The notes beneath the pieces are model-generated. The model searched no databases and was not told where the DNA came from. It saw nothing but the letters and a program-made list of their open reading frames with translations. A program made the translations under genes and the position numbers. Positions 1 to 9,298 of a stretch of 64,000 nucleotides of DNA are shown piece after piece. Positions within the stretch are counted from its first letter, which is position 1. Each line of letters opens with the position of its first letter. Origin of the DNA: Bdellovibrionota bacterium (GTDB lineage: Bacteria; Bdellovibrionota_C; UBA2361; JAAYZI01); NCBI GenBank assembly GCA_050950765.1, contig JBMNIF010000002.1, positions 529,454 to 593,453 on the forward strand. Direction: 5' to 3'.

Positions 1-444
1 TCAATAAAGCGTCTCTGCCCTTCTGCAAAAACGGTATCAAACGCCAGTGATGATTTGCCTGATCCGGAAAGCCCCGTTACAACGGTTAAGGTATCGTGCT
101 CAATCTCAAGGTTTAGGTGTTTGAGGTTGTTTTCATGCGCATTTATGATCTTAAGAGAGTGTGTATCCAAGCTTTTATCACCACTTAGAAAAGAACTAAT
201 TAGATTAGAAAGTAATCGTCTTTTAAAATAAATTTGAAGCCTCGATCATAATCAATAAAAATAAGGCTGTCGAGAGAAGGTGATATCGTTTAACATAAGT
301 AAAACGGATTTTTTTTATAGCCGTTTGCAGCGATCTTAAAAATTGATAAAAACCATCTGACTTTTATCATTACTTTTCTAATTTAAAACATTTTAAAAGT
401 ATAACTAGCTGCTCATTTTTAATAAATTATCACAGGTAGTTCAG

Positions 445-1656
445 ATGCTTCGTATCTTAAAAATTTTATTTAGCACCATCCTTATTTCAGCTCTACCTAT
501 CACCCCTGTAAAAGCTGAAGAATCTCCCTGCGATATCGCACAGAGCGCTCTTATGAACGCAGCCAAGTTGCGTCACTTGCAGACAAAACAGGAGGTTCCC
601 TGCGCTGTTTGGAGTAGAGAAAAGATTAGGGAGCACCTCTTGCAAAGAATAGCAGAAGAGATGCCGGGGGATCAGCCTAAGCAGGAAGGAACAATTTTTC
701 GCGCCATCGGCATGATACCTGAAGACTACAACTATGAACGTGAGATTGTTGAACTCTACACCAGCCAAATTAGTGGATTTTACAATCAAAAAGATAAATA
801 TTTTATTATGGTTGATAATGGCGTACAGCAGATGCAGGTCGCTATCCACGAACAAACACACGCCATTCAAGATCAGAACTTCGACCTTGAAAAGTTACTA
901 GACCATAAAAAGTTTTCAGGAGATGAGCTTGCCGCTCGTCTGGCTTTAGTGGAAGGGGATGCTACTGCCGTGATGCTTGACTTTGCAATGCTCTTTAGTT
1001 TTACCAGCCTCAGCAAAACTCCAAATGTAACCGGTATTATCTTACAAAACATTATCGGCACATACTTTATCCCTGCACTACAAGAAGTTCCGCAAAGCAT
1101 CATCTTAACTATGCTTTTCCCGTACACAAGTGGATTACGTTTTGTTCATCATTTTTTATACAACAAGGACTATTCTGAAATTGATAAACTCTATGCAGCA
1201 CCTCCGAGGTCTACTGAAGAGATCCTGCATCCTGAAAAATACGGCACTGCCGCACCTGATTTTAAAGTTTTTTCTGACGCAGATGTTTTAAAGGCTTTTA
1301 AGGTATCTGATCAGAAAGCCCTTTATAGCGATGTGATGGGAGAGTTAGGGATCTCCGCACTATTGCAAAACCTTAAAGCTCCTAACAGCGCCGCTGCTGC
1401 CGCAGGTTGGGGTGGAGATAAAGCCGTTCTTTTAGATTCTGATAATACAAAAGACACCGTCTTATGGCTTACTGCTTGGGATACGGAAAGAGATGCTGAG
1501 GAGTTTTTATCTGCTTATCTAAAAGGACTTGCCAAAACATATCCGAATACCTCACCACAACTCGGAAAAAATAAACTTAGTAAACTTAAAACATTGGAAC
1601 TTAGTAAAGACGGTAAAAATGTGCTGATTACGGTAGAGCTAGAGAGATCTTTTTAA
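445..1656 (+). CDS. Secreted protein with HExxH zinc-metalloprotease-like motif
   Basis: N-terminal signal peptide (MLRILKILFSTILISALPITPVKA). An HEQTH motif sits in a region that could form a zinc-binding helix. No family is recognised beyond the motif. Confidence 0.4.
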   Translation: MLRILKILFSTILISALPITPVKAEESPCDIAQSALMNAAKLRHLQTKQEVPCAVWSREKIREHLLQRIAEEMPGDQPKQEGTIFRAIGMIPEDYNYEREIVELYTSQISGFYNQKDKYFIMVDNGVQQMQVAIHEQTHAIQDQNFDLEKLLDHKKFSGDELAARLALVEGDATAVMLDFAMLFSFTSLSKTPNVTGIILQNIIGTYFIPALQEVPQSIILTMLFPYTSGLRFVHHFLYNKDYSEIDKLYAAPPRSTEEILHPEKYGTAAPDFKVFSDADVLKAFKVSDQKALYSDVMGELGISALLQNLKAPNSAAAAAGWGGDKAVLLDSDNTKDTVLWLTAWDTERDAEEFLSAYLKGLAKTYPNTSPQLGKNKLSKLKTLELSKDGKNVLITVELERSF

Positions 1657-1760
1657 TACTTTTTACTAAAACGCAGCTCGGTAGTAACATTCGATAAAGT
1701 GATGGATATTTTATTAGTAGTAAAAAGATCTTTTTAATACTTTTTACTAAAACACAGCCG
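1646..1760. repeat. Direct repeat of about 35 bp in 2 copies; first copy overlaps the stop codon of the upstream gene
   Basis: agatctttttaatactttttactaaaacgcagc at about 1646-1680 recurs at about 1724-1758 with 2 mismatches. Confidence 0.6.
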
Positions 1761-1779
1761 CACTAAAAAAATCGTCTCA

Positions 1780-2505
1780 CTAAACTTTTAAGATCTGTTT
1801 TATATAATCAAGGTCGATCTTACTAAAATCGGGGGCAGTTGCTACGGTCGGTTGTAACATCTCGGCAGTGTGAGATGTCGTAATTCCGATAGCGACCATT
1901 CCTGCTGCCTGTGCTGCTTTTAAGCCGAGTAGACTATCTTCAAAAACAAGGCAGCACTTTGGAGGAACTTGCAACATTTCAGCTGCTCGTAAAAATATAT
2001 CAGGAGCAGGCTTTCCGTGTTTAACCTGATCGGCATCAACAACAACATTGAAGAGCTCTCTAATCTGCAACCCATCTAAGACCAGATTTACATTTTCTGT
2101 CGGCGCTGCAGTTGCCACCGCCATAGGAACTTGGTGCTGCTTTAGATCTAAGATCAATTCTTTCAAACCGTTCACAAGAGAGAGGTGCGGCGTATAGATC
2201 TCTCTATACAGAACCTCCTTTTCTTCACTCAGTTTTTTCGCTTCTTCTACCGAAACATCTGGTGAGACGATGTATTGAATTGTCTCCAGATTGGTGCGTC
2301 CTGCCAACATTTTATCAAACTCTTCTGCGGAAATGACCTTTTTACGACGCAGAGCGAACTCTTGCCACGCTTCTAAGTGATAGCGCATGTCATCTACAAT
2401 AACGCCATTCATATCAAACAGAACTGCGAATTCTCTATTCATAAGACCCTCCTTTTGAGGTAATATCGTAGAAACGTTATTAACTCTCTCTGATAAAGGT
2501 AACAC
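1780..2505 (-). CDS. HAD-superfamily hydrolase, subfamily IA (beta-phosphoglucomutase/phosphatase-like)
   Basis: N-terminal LFDMNGVIVDD (HAD motif I DxD). Overall length and layout fit HAD-IA with a cap domain. Confidence 0.6.
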   Translation of the reverse strand: MLPLSERVNNVSTILPQKEGLMNREFAVLFDMNGVIVDDMRYHLEAWQEFALRRKKVISAEEFDKMLAGRTNLETIQYIVSPDVSVEEAKKLSEEKEVLYREIYTPHLSLVNGLKELILDLKQHQVPMAVATAAPTENVNLVLDGLQIRELFNVVVDADQVKHGKPAPDIFLRAAEMLQVPPKCCLVFEDSLLGLKAAQAAGMVAIGITTSHTAEMLQPTVATAPDFSKIDLDYIKQILKV

Positions 2506-2509
2506 ACTT

Positions 2510-2962
2510 ATGGTTCAAAGAAGAAAAACAATCCGTCCAAAGGAAAATTATAACGAACTTCTCTACTACGGAGACCATTTCTCCCTCCCGATCTTCAGTA
2601 TCTTTATCTTAGCGCTGGTATCCGTTTCGTTACACGCCTACCTTAACGGTTTTGATATCGTTTTACACACTCTACTTTTCGGCGTGGTTATTATACTTTT
2701 TTTAGCTTTTTTTAAACTAAAAGTTTTAGTTGATAGAAACTCTATCTCTCTAATTTACGGGATAGGTTTTTTTGAAGATACTATATTTTTAGGTGAGATC
2801 GAAAGTTACGCTATTAAACCTAACCGCTTTATCAGAACTTGGTTCTATCTTCCGAATAGCACTTACGTTTTACAGATCCGTTTTAGAGGTGGCGGAAGAG
2901 CTTTAATTCCCGCAGAAGAGCCGAAGAAGTTGGCGGCGATGCTTAGACTACGTAGCGAATGA
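2510..2962 (+). CDS. Small integral membrane protein, unknown function
   Basis: Two to three hydrophobic helices. No recognisable motif. Confidence 0.35.
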   Translation: MVQRRKTIRPKENYNELLYYGDHFSLPIFSIFILALVSVSLHAYLNGFDIVLHTLLFGVVIILFLAFFKLKVLVDRNSISLIYGIGFFEDTIFLGEIESYAIKPNRFIRTWFYLPNSTYVLQIRFRGGGRALIPAEEPKKLAAMLRLRSE

Positions 2963-2994
2963 TATTCTTGAATCACTTCTGTTTTTAATAGACC

Positions 2995-3846
2995 TTGCAG
3001 ATGTTTAATACTGTTTCAAAAAAATTGAAGTTATTATCTACCACCCCTCCTTGGGAATGGCCGATGGATGTAGATAAAATTTTACTTTCAATTATTACAG
3101 ATAAAAACACCCCTTTTTCAGACCGTCTGCGTGGAGTAGACCTTGCAGGAGAGTTATCTGTTATAAATTTAGAACTCGTTCAAGCGCTACAAGATATTAT
3201 AAGCTCAAAAGATGAATCTTATGAATTGCGTGGTGCTGCCATCTCCTCCATAGGTGCTATCCTTGAAGAAGTTAGTAGTGCCAATTACCTTAATGAGATA
3301 ACGTTCATAGACTCTGAAGAAGATCTTATTAAGATTGAAGATCTGCTAGAGATTAGGGATCTTTTACATAACATCTTTAACGATACTTCTGAATTTGATG
3401 AAACTAGACGAAGAGCTTTAGAGAGCGCTGTTCGCACACCAGAGGAGTGGACTAAAGCCGCAGTAGAAGATGCCTATAAAAGCTCAGACGTTGCTTGGAA
3501 AGTAACAGCTCTCTATTGCATGCGTTATTTACCGAACTTTAAAGAGGAGGTCTTAGCAGAACTAACTTCAATAAATCCCGAGATGAAACGTTACGCTGTT
3601 GAAGCCGTAGCGGCACATAAGTTTCAAGAAGCTTGGCCTAAATTAAAAAGTATTATTTTAAGTGAATACTCAGATAAAGATCTACTTGATAGTGCTATCT
3701 ATGCAGCCGTTAAAATTAAAGGGTCAACAGATCTCCTTACTGAACTACCTGAATTAAACGCTCCTGAACTAAAAGAGATCGTCTTAAGTAGTGCGGCGTT
3801 AGAAGACTTTAGTGATACAACAACTTCTGATGCAGATAAGACTTAA
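2995..3846 (+). CDS. Hypothetical acidic protein
   Basis: Long ORF with coding-like composition, directly downstream of the membrane-protein ORF. No recognisable family. Confidence 0.35.
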   Translation: MQMFNTVSKKLKLLSTTPPWEWPMDVDKILLSIITDKNTPFSDRLRGVDLAGELSVINLELVQALQDIISSKDESYELRGAAISSIGAILEEVSSANYLNEITFIDSEEDLIKIEDLLEIRDLLHNIFNDTSEFDETRRRALESAVRTPEEWTKAAVEDAYKSSDVAWKVTALYCMRYLPNFKEEVLAELTSINPEMKRYAVEAVAAHKFQEAWPKLKSIILSEYSDKDLLDSAIYAAVKIKGSTDLLTELPELNAPELKEIVLSSAALEDFSDTTTSDADKT

Positions 3847-3970
3847 TCTTTTTCCCTCACCTCCAAGCCTAGACGCTTTTAACCTCCGTTAAGATCTAGC
3901 CGATTCGTTCCGCAAGTATCAGCCACCTCCAATTTTTTAAGCACTCTTATCGTCAATTTTAGGTGGCTAG

Positions 3971-4735
3971 TTAGAGAGAGATCTCCAAGCCGTCAAAAGC
4001 TGCTCTTGTATTTTCAAAGTCCTGTTTAGCAACTGTTTCCGCTACTTTTCTTGAAGCAGCATCAGGATAGTGAGTAGGATTAAAGTGCATCAACACCAAC
4101 TGTTTTGCTCCTGCTTCCTTAGCGATTTTAGCACCATTTTCAGGGCTAAGGTGTGGCCAATCTCCCACCTCCGGTTGTCCGATAGGGTGTGCGCATTCGG
4201 TAAAGAGGAGGTCTGCTCCCTTAGCTAACTTTACACAGTTCTGGCAATAGCCTGTATCTGCGACATAAGAGATAACCTTACCTTCCAATTCAATACGGAT
4301 CCCGATAGTTGGCACTGCATGGCGCAGCGGCTCTACCGTAAAACGAAAGGGGAAGTCTTCTGTCTTAAACGGTGCTTCAAACACCTTTACATCATAAGGG
4401 TATTTTTCAAACTCAACTGAAAAGGGGTATTTAAAGATCTGTTGCAATTCGCTTTTTATCCCGCTCTGCCCGAAGATGGTTAACCCTGCCGAAAAATTAA
4501 ACTTCATTAAAACATTAATGCCGTATATATGATCAAGGTGGGGGTGGCTGATAAAAAGATAGGTGGGAAGGCTCTGATCGCAATACTTTTCCAAGCGTGA
4601 GATGCCGAGTCCAGCATCAAGAACGATAGAAAAACGATCAGTTTTAATAAGAAGAGATGTTGTATTACCAGCAGGAGTATCGTACCAACCGTTAGACCCT
4701 AATACTAAGGCTTGCACCTGAGCCATATTTCTCAC
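3971..4735 (-). CDS. MBL-fold metallo-hydrolase
   Basis: ISHPHLDH (HxHxDH) metallo-beta-lactamase signature, with downstream His/Asp ligand residues. Confidence 0.65.
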   Translation of the reverse strand: MRNMAQVQALVLGSNGWYDTPAGNTTSLLIKTDRFSIVLDAGLGISRLEKYCDQSLPTYLFISHPHLDHIYGINVLMKFNFSAGLTIFGQSGIKSELQQIFKYPFSVEFEKYPYDVKVFEAPFKTEDFPFRFTVEPLRHAVPTIGIRIELEGKVISYVADTGYCQNCVKLAKGADLLFTECAHPIGQPEVGDWPHLSPENGAKIAKEAGAKQLVLMHFNPTHYPDAASRKVAETVAKQDFENTRAAFDGLEISL

Positions 4736-4845
4736 CCTTATATTTTATTTAAACAACCATATCTTTTACCGTATTTTTTCATAAGAGCAACACTAAAAAA
4801 TGCTCCTAAAAAAATACGGCGTTATCCAAATTAAAAATCACCGTA

Positions 4846-5340
4846 TTATCGATCAGGATACCGTTGAGATCTACTCTTATATTTACTACCGTTTCCGAAG
4901 CGTCCACCGGAACTTTTTGCAGGACGTGCTGGATGTTTTTTCTGCGGCTGCGCCAACTGTTCATGCGACGTTAAAACTGCGCTCTGCCTTGATTCATCAA
5001 TAGGGAAGGGTAAGTTACGGGGTTGGGACTCATTCCAGAGGTCTTCTTCAAGTGCAAATTCAATAATTGAAGCGACGTGATCAAGTGGTACAAGTGTAAC
5101 CTTACCTTCCATGCGATGTCCTTCCTTACCCGTGATCTGTTTTCCCCTGACGAACTTAGTATCTGCGATAGTAACGATCTCCGGCTCTGTCATGCCGTAC
5201 CAATGAGAAGATGATTTTGTGTAAAGCATAATAACGGAACCAAGCTTTACTTCACCTTCTTCCGGAGCTGCCTTTGCAACCTTAGCGGCTGTTTTTGTAG
5301 CGGTTTTAGTACCTGTTTTTGCTGTCTTTGCGGCTACCAT
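4846..5340 (-). CDS. Histone H1-like / lysine-alanine-threonine-rich nucleoid-associated protein (putative)
   Basis: N-terminus is AKTAKTGTKTATKTAAKVAKAA (KTA-type basic repeats, as in Hc1/AlgP-like tails). The C-terminus is basic, preceded by a small beta-rich domain. Confidence 0.4.
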   Translation of the reverse strand: MVAAKTAKTGTKTATKTAAKVAKAAPEEGEVKLGSVIMLYTKSSSHWYGMTEPEIVTIADTKFVRGKQITGKEGHRMEGKVTLVPLDHVASIIEFALEEDLWNESQPRNLPFPIDESRQSAVLTSHEQLAQPQKKHPARPAKSSGGRFGNGSKYKSRSQRYPDR

Positions 5341-5479
5341 AATATCTGCCTTATTAAATTATTACTAAATTATCACTATTATTTTTATCATTAAATTTAT
5401 TTCCTCAAGTAGGTAGTGAGGAGTATCAAGATAGGTTTATCGTATAAGAAGTTATTGAAAATTGAAAGATCTTTGAATT

Positions 5480-5605
5480 ATGCTTTTAATCTAATCAATC
5501 TACACCACCTCTTAACGTTTTTTTACAAGGAAAAACATTCCTTTGCTCTGATTATAAGATATCTACTTATAATCGATAAGGTATAGCAGGGAAGGCTCAA
5601 ACTTT
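5480..5605. repeat. Conserved 3'-flank repeat (copy 1) of the tandem paralog cassette; contains a 9-bp perfect palindrome
   Basis: About 105 bp nearly identical to 6793..6925. Palindrome gattataag-N7-cttataatc lies at 5550..5574. Confidence 0.7.
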
Positions 5606-5607
5606 AG

Positions 5608-5640
5608 ATGCGACAGCTGCACTAAGTACAGCCGTCGCAT
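5608..5640 (-). terminator. GC-rich hairpin downstream of paralog gene 1, with no U-tract
   Basis: atgcgacagctg..cagccgtcgcat imperfect inverted repeat, 44 bp past the stop codon. Confidence 0.25.
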
Positions 5641-5683
5641 TTCACATGGTGTAAGAACTTATCTTCCCTGCTACCGTTCCTTG

Positions 5684-6340
5684 TTAGGATTCGCATTCCT
5701 GCTCGAAGTTAGCACACTCCTTTAAGAGAGTTGCAAGCTCCTTAACTACGGAAGGCTTAAGTTTCTTAAGCACTTCTGCATCAATAGTGCGTAGAGCTTT
5801 TAAGATCTTTACAAAAGGCTGCAGTACATCTTCTGCCACCTCTTCCGCAAACTTATTCGCAGAAGTATCTTTGTTGCCGTCTTTAGGAAAAGCTGACGAT
5901 AGCTTTTTTCCGCAATCCATCAAGGATTCGATTTCAGCCGCGAAGCATTCCCCCATATTTAAAGAGGAAAGCTTTTTAAGCAACATAACGAAGTGGCGAA
6001 TACACTCCAGCAAAGCATCTACAACTTTCCTAGTTGAACTATTTGTAGGCGCTGAGAGAGCGTCTAAAATCGTCCCTCTAAAACCTTGTAGTGCTTCTGC
6101 CCACTTCTCAAAAAGTCCATTCAGAAGAACTCCGCCGTCCTTCTCCTTTTTCCCTTTTTTGAGAAAATCGAGTATACCTTGAAGAGCGCTATTCAGCTCT
6201 TTCTGTGTCACGTTCGGATCTTTCGCTTGTTCAATGATCATTGCGATAGAGACTTTGAACCAACAATCACGTTTGGCAATACGTGCAGCTTTGCGCGCAT
6301 CATCATATGCGCTTTGCCAAGGGGGGGTAGTGATGCTCAT
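5684..6340 (-). CDS. Paralog-family protein (copy 1), unknown function
   Basis: Shares NGLFEKW / VNGLFKAM blocks and the C-terminal ...ES stop context with ORF 6990..7733. Strong AGGAGG RBS. Confidence 0.5.
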   Translation of the reverse strand: MSITTPPWQSAYDDARKAARIAKRDCWFKVSIAMIIEQAKDPNVTQKELNSALQGILDFLKKGKKEKDGGVLLNGLFEKWAEALQGFRGTILDALSAPTNSSTRKVVDALLECIRHFVMLLKKLSSLNMGECFAAEIESLMDCGKKLSSAFPKDGNKDTSANKFAEEVAEDVLQPFVKILKALRTIDAEVLKKLKPSVVKELATLLKECANFEQECES

Positions 6341-6439
6341 AAGAGCACCTCCTTTCTATGTTGTAAAACAACCCACAATTTAACTTCGCTCGGTTCGGTA
6401 AACCTAGCAAAGTAGGCAGAAAACCTTCTTTATCAACCT

Positions 6440-6560
6440 TTATCACAACACACGTGAAAAGTTTGATATTCTCCCTGCCTTGATGAGGTTAGGAAAACTC
6501 TAAAACCATCAAGACAGGAGTTATACCCTTTACATCTACCCTTTAAATTGTAAAAAACGG
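6440..6560 (-). promoter_or_regulatory. Conserved structured 5' leader/promoter region of paralog copy 1
   Basis: About 100 bp nearly identical to 7797..7900. Contains the imperfect inverted repeat CCTGTCTTGATGG-N19-CCTCATCAAGGCAGG (gene strand). Confidence 0.5.
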
Positions 6561-6792
6561 ATGCTACTACGTGCTGCTATATGCTATTTACATTAGCAAA
6601 ATAGTACTTTCGTAAATTAGAACACCTTAACGAGATAAGACACTATATTTAAAGCGTCTTTAAACAGTTCCTTATTGTAATCAAGAAAACACCTTTTTTT
6701 CAAGTCAGGAAGGGCTTGAAAGGGCTTACCTTTTATTTTGCCTTAAATATTTTTGATTGCGTAAAAGGGGTATTTTTAAAGGAAAAAAGCAC

Positions 6793-6925
6793 TATGCTTT
6801 TAAGTCATAAGATCTTTTAACGTTTTTTTACAAGGAAAAACATTCCTTTGCTCTGATTATAAGATATCTACTTATAATCGATAAGGTATAGCAGGGAAGG
6901 CTCTCAAACTTTAGTTAGGTGCGGC
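6793..6925. repeat. Conserved 3'-flank repeat (copy 2) of the tandem paralog cassette
   Basis: Matches 5480..5605. Palindrome lies at 6855..6879. Confidence 0.7.
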
Positions 6926-6950
6926 AAGTCACATCTGCAACTTGCCGCAC
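6919..6950 (-). terminator. Perfect 11-bp-stem hairpin downstream of paralog gene 2, with no U-tract
   Basis: gtgcggcaagt-N10-acttgccgcac, located 40 bp past the stop codon. Confidence 0.3.
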
Positions 6951-6989
6951 TTTCCGAAGTGCGAAAACCTCTTCTGCTATCCCTTTTTT

Positions 6990-7733
6990 TTAGGATTCGC
7001 TGGAGTCGTCGTCAGGATCTTCGTAGTCTTCCAATAGATCCTTGAGTCTCGCTTCCGCGTTGCCTGTGGGATCTTCTACCCCATTAGCTTCACGAAGATA
7101 CGCTTCAAGACACAAAACGAAACGAAGCATATCTTCCGAGGCATCTACGAATTTCTTAACTATAGCAGGATCCGCCGTTTTAAACACGCGTTTCTCGCTG
7201 AACAAAGCGCTTAAGAGCCTCTTGAGAGGTTCTACCGTACCTTTTAATTCGGTATCCAGAAGCTTCTTAAGCGAAGTTCCTCCCTGATCGCCTTCGCAGT
7301 TTTCGAAGAAGCTTTTATACAGCTCCCCATGATAATCCAGCAAGCCTTTGATCCTCTTTATTGCACTATTCGTGCAGCCTTCTCTCTCAATTACGATTGA
7401 GAGAGCATAATCGAAGATCTCCAGCACAGCATCTAAGAACTTCTCGACTACTGGAAGAAGGTCAGGCGCATTAAGCGTTTTTTTGTCAGCGAATACAACT
7501 TTCCTGATAATTACGCCGAGCTTCTTCAGCTCTTCCGTCATCGCCTTAAAAAGTCCGTTTACAAGGGCGGTTTCGTTTTCGCTCTTAGCTAACGCTTCGA
7601 GGAAGATTGAAATCAATACTTGCAGAGATTTCGTTAGATCGTACGCAGCTTGAAAAATTCGAGCCTTGTGACACTTACAATTAGGGTCATAAAAACCCTG
7701 CTTTTCGATGCTCATATGAGCACCTCCTTCCAT
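6990..7733 (-). CDS. Paralog-family protein (copy 2), unknown function
   Basis: Paralog of 5684..6340, sharing flanks and internal blocks. Acidic C-terminal tail DPDDDSSES. Confidence 0.5.
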   Translation of the reverse strand: MEGGAHMSIEKQGFYDPNCKCHKARIFQAAYDLTKSLQVLISIFLEALAKSENETALVNGLFKAMTEELKKLGVIIRKVVFADKKTLNAPDLLPVVEKFLDAVLEIFDYALSIVIEREGCTNSAIKRIKGLLDYHGELYKSFFENCEGDQGGTSLKKLLDTELKGTVEPLKRLLSALFSEKRVFKTADPAIVKKFVDASEDMLRFVLCLEAYLREANGVEDPTGNAEARLKDLLEDYEDPDDDSSES

Positions 7734-7796
7734 AAATTACTTCACTCGGTAAACCAAGCAAAGAAGACAGAAAACCTTTCACTTCGGTGAAAGTTT

Positions 7797-7900
7797 AAAG
7801 TTTGATATTCCCTGCCTTGATGAAGTTAGAAAAACTCTAAAGCCATCAAGACAGGAGTTATACCCTTTACATCTACCCTTTAAATTGTAAAAAAACGCAC
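7797..7900 (-). promoter_or_regulatory. Conserved structured 5' leader/promoter region of paralog copy 2
   Basis: Near-identical to 6440..6560. The stem of the inverted repeat is maintained while its loop differs. Confidence 0.5.
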
Positions 7901-8222
7901 ACCCCCTATATATTATCATATCTTAACAAAATAGTGCTTCCGTAAACTAGATAAGTCACCTTATTTGGAACATTTTTTAAAATCTCCTCAACTTATTAAA
8001 TGAGGGAGATCTTTTTTAAGCGCCAAGACCTTGAAAGGATTTACTTTTAAGTGAGTGTTAAATATCTTCTAATTGTGTCAAAATCATACTTTAAAGGAAC
8101 AACGTACGGTCTAAAAACAGACTTTACACCTTCCAGATTGTGATAATTTGAATTATTGAAGAGAGCAAGGCGTGCAGCAACCTACTTCGCTTTTATTTTA
8201 GAGAGATATAAGGATTTTAATT

Positions 8223-9107
8223 ATGGGAACAGAGAGACATATAAAGATCAGGGTCGGCTTAGCTGAAATGTTAAAAGGCGGTGTAATTATGGATGTAGTT
8301 ACTCCGGAACAGGCTAAGATTGCAGAAAATGCCGGTGCTGCTGCCGTGATGGCGTTAGAAAGGGTTCCGGCTGATATTAGGAGAGATGGCGGTGTAGCCA
8401 GAATGGCTTCAATAGACGTTATTGAAGGGATTAAAAGAGTTGTAACTATTCCGGTTATGGCGAAGGTCAGGATCGGTCATTTTGTTGAAGCTCAAGTTTT
8501 GCAAGCCTTAGGGGTGGATTTTATAGATGAAAGCGAGGTGCTAACCCCTGCCGATGATAAATTACACATCGATAAGTTCGCCTTTGATACGCCTTTTGTC
8601 TGCGGCGCTAGAGATTTAGGCGAAGCATTAAGACGTATCAGTGAGGGTGCTGCTATGATTAGAACGAAGGGTGAGGCTGGATCCGGCAACATCGTTGAAG
8701 CAGTGCGACATATGCGTACCGTCATGAGTCAGATTAAAGCGTTAAAAGGCTTAGATGATGCTGAGTTAGTGGTGCGTGCTAAAGAGTTGGGAGCATCATA
8801 CGACCTTCTTAAAATCGTAGCGGATCAGGGGAAACTACCCGTTCCAAACTTTGCAGCGGGAGGAGTGGCAACACCGGCTGACGCCGCTTTGATGATGCAG
8901 CTTGGTGCTGAATCTGTTTTTGTCGGTTCCGGCATCTTTAAATCAGAAGATCCAGAAGCTAGAGCAAAAGCCATTGTAAAAGCCGTAGCACACTATAACG
9001 ATCCGCAAGTATTGTTAGATGTTTCACGTGGATTACGTGATGCTATGCACGGAATTGAGATCTCTACCTTAAAGCCAGAAGAAAAACTTCAAGAGCGAGG
9101 GTGGTAG
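8223..9107 (+). CDS. pdxS: Pyridoxal 5'-phosphate synthase subunit PdxS (Pdx1)
   Basis: Full-length match to the PdxS pattern: [35 protein letters not shown], and a C-terminal GSGIFKS. Confidence 0.9.
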   Translation: MGTERHIKIRVGLAEMLKGGVIMDVVTPEQAKIAENAGAAAVMALERVPADIRRDGGVARMASIDVIEGIKRVVTIPVMAKVRIGHFVEAQVLQALGVDFIDESEVLTPADDKLHIDKFAFDTPFVCGARDLGEALRRISEGAAMIRTKGEAGSGNIVEAVRHMRTVMSQIKALKGLDDAELVVRAKELGASYDLLKIVADQGKLPVPNFAAGGVATPADAALMMQLGAESVFVGSGIFKSEDPEARAKAIVKAVAHYNDPQVLLDVSRGLRDAMHGIEISTLKPEEKLQERGW

Positions 9108-9298
9108 AAAGTAAGTTGAAGGGTGTAAGCGGCAACCTTTTTTAAAGTTGCCGCTGATATACTCCCACCCTACCAACCTAGACGCTTTAAAAACGCTTTA
9201 AAAAAACTTCTCTGCTACACAATAAACAAAAATCACCACCACCATGACAGTTTTTTAAAAGCTTCGCTTTAAAAAAACTTCTCCAAACTACTCGAAAG

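Noticed and set aside
493-1127. Antisense ORFs 493..870 and 873..1127 inside the metalloprotease-like gene. Similar internal or antisense ORFs include 5787..6182, 7042..7287, 8492..8725, 10893..11326, 15243..15825, 17802..18155, 20887..21444, 23719..24051, 25483..28788, 33641..35847 and 54081..55567.
   Set aside because: They lie entirely within longer ORFs with recognisable homology or strong coding signal on the other strand. They are low-complexity shadow ORFs.
4800-5003. 67-aa plus-strand ORF overlapping the histone-like gene
   Set aside because: It overlaps the 3' end of a better-supported minus-strand ORF and has no RBS or recognisable features.
8223-9107. pdxS without an adjacent pdxT as evidence of pathway loss
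   Set aside because: pdxT can be unlinked. This cannot be assessed from a 64-kb window.
9131-9157. Hairpin gcggcaac-ttttttaaa-gttgccgc after pdxS
   Set aside because: The T-run lies in the loop rather than 3' of the stem, so terminator function is uncertain.
3860-9192. Short shared motif cc.aa.cctagacgcttt at about 3866 and about 9170
   Set aside because: It is only about 14 bp and occurs twice. It is consistent with chance or a small dispersed motif and there is not enough evidence.
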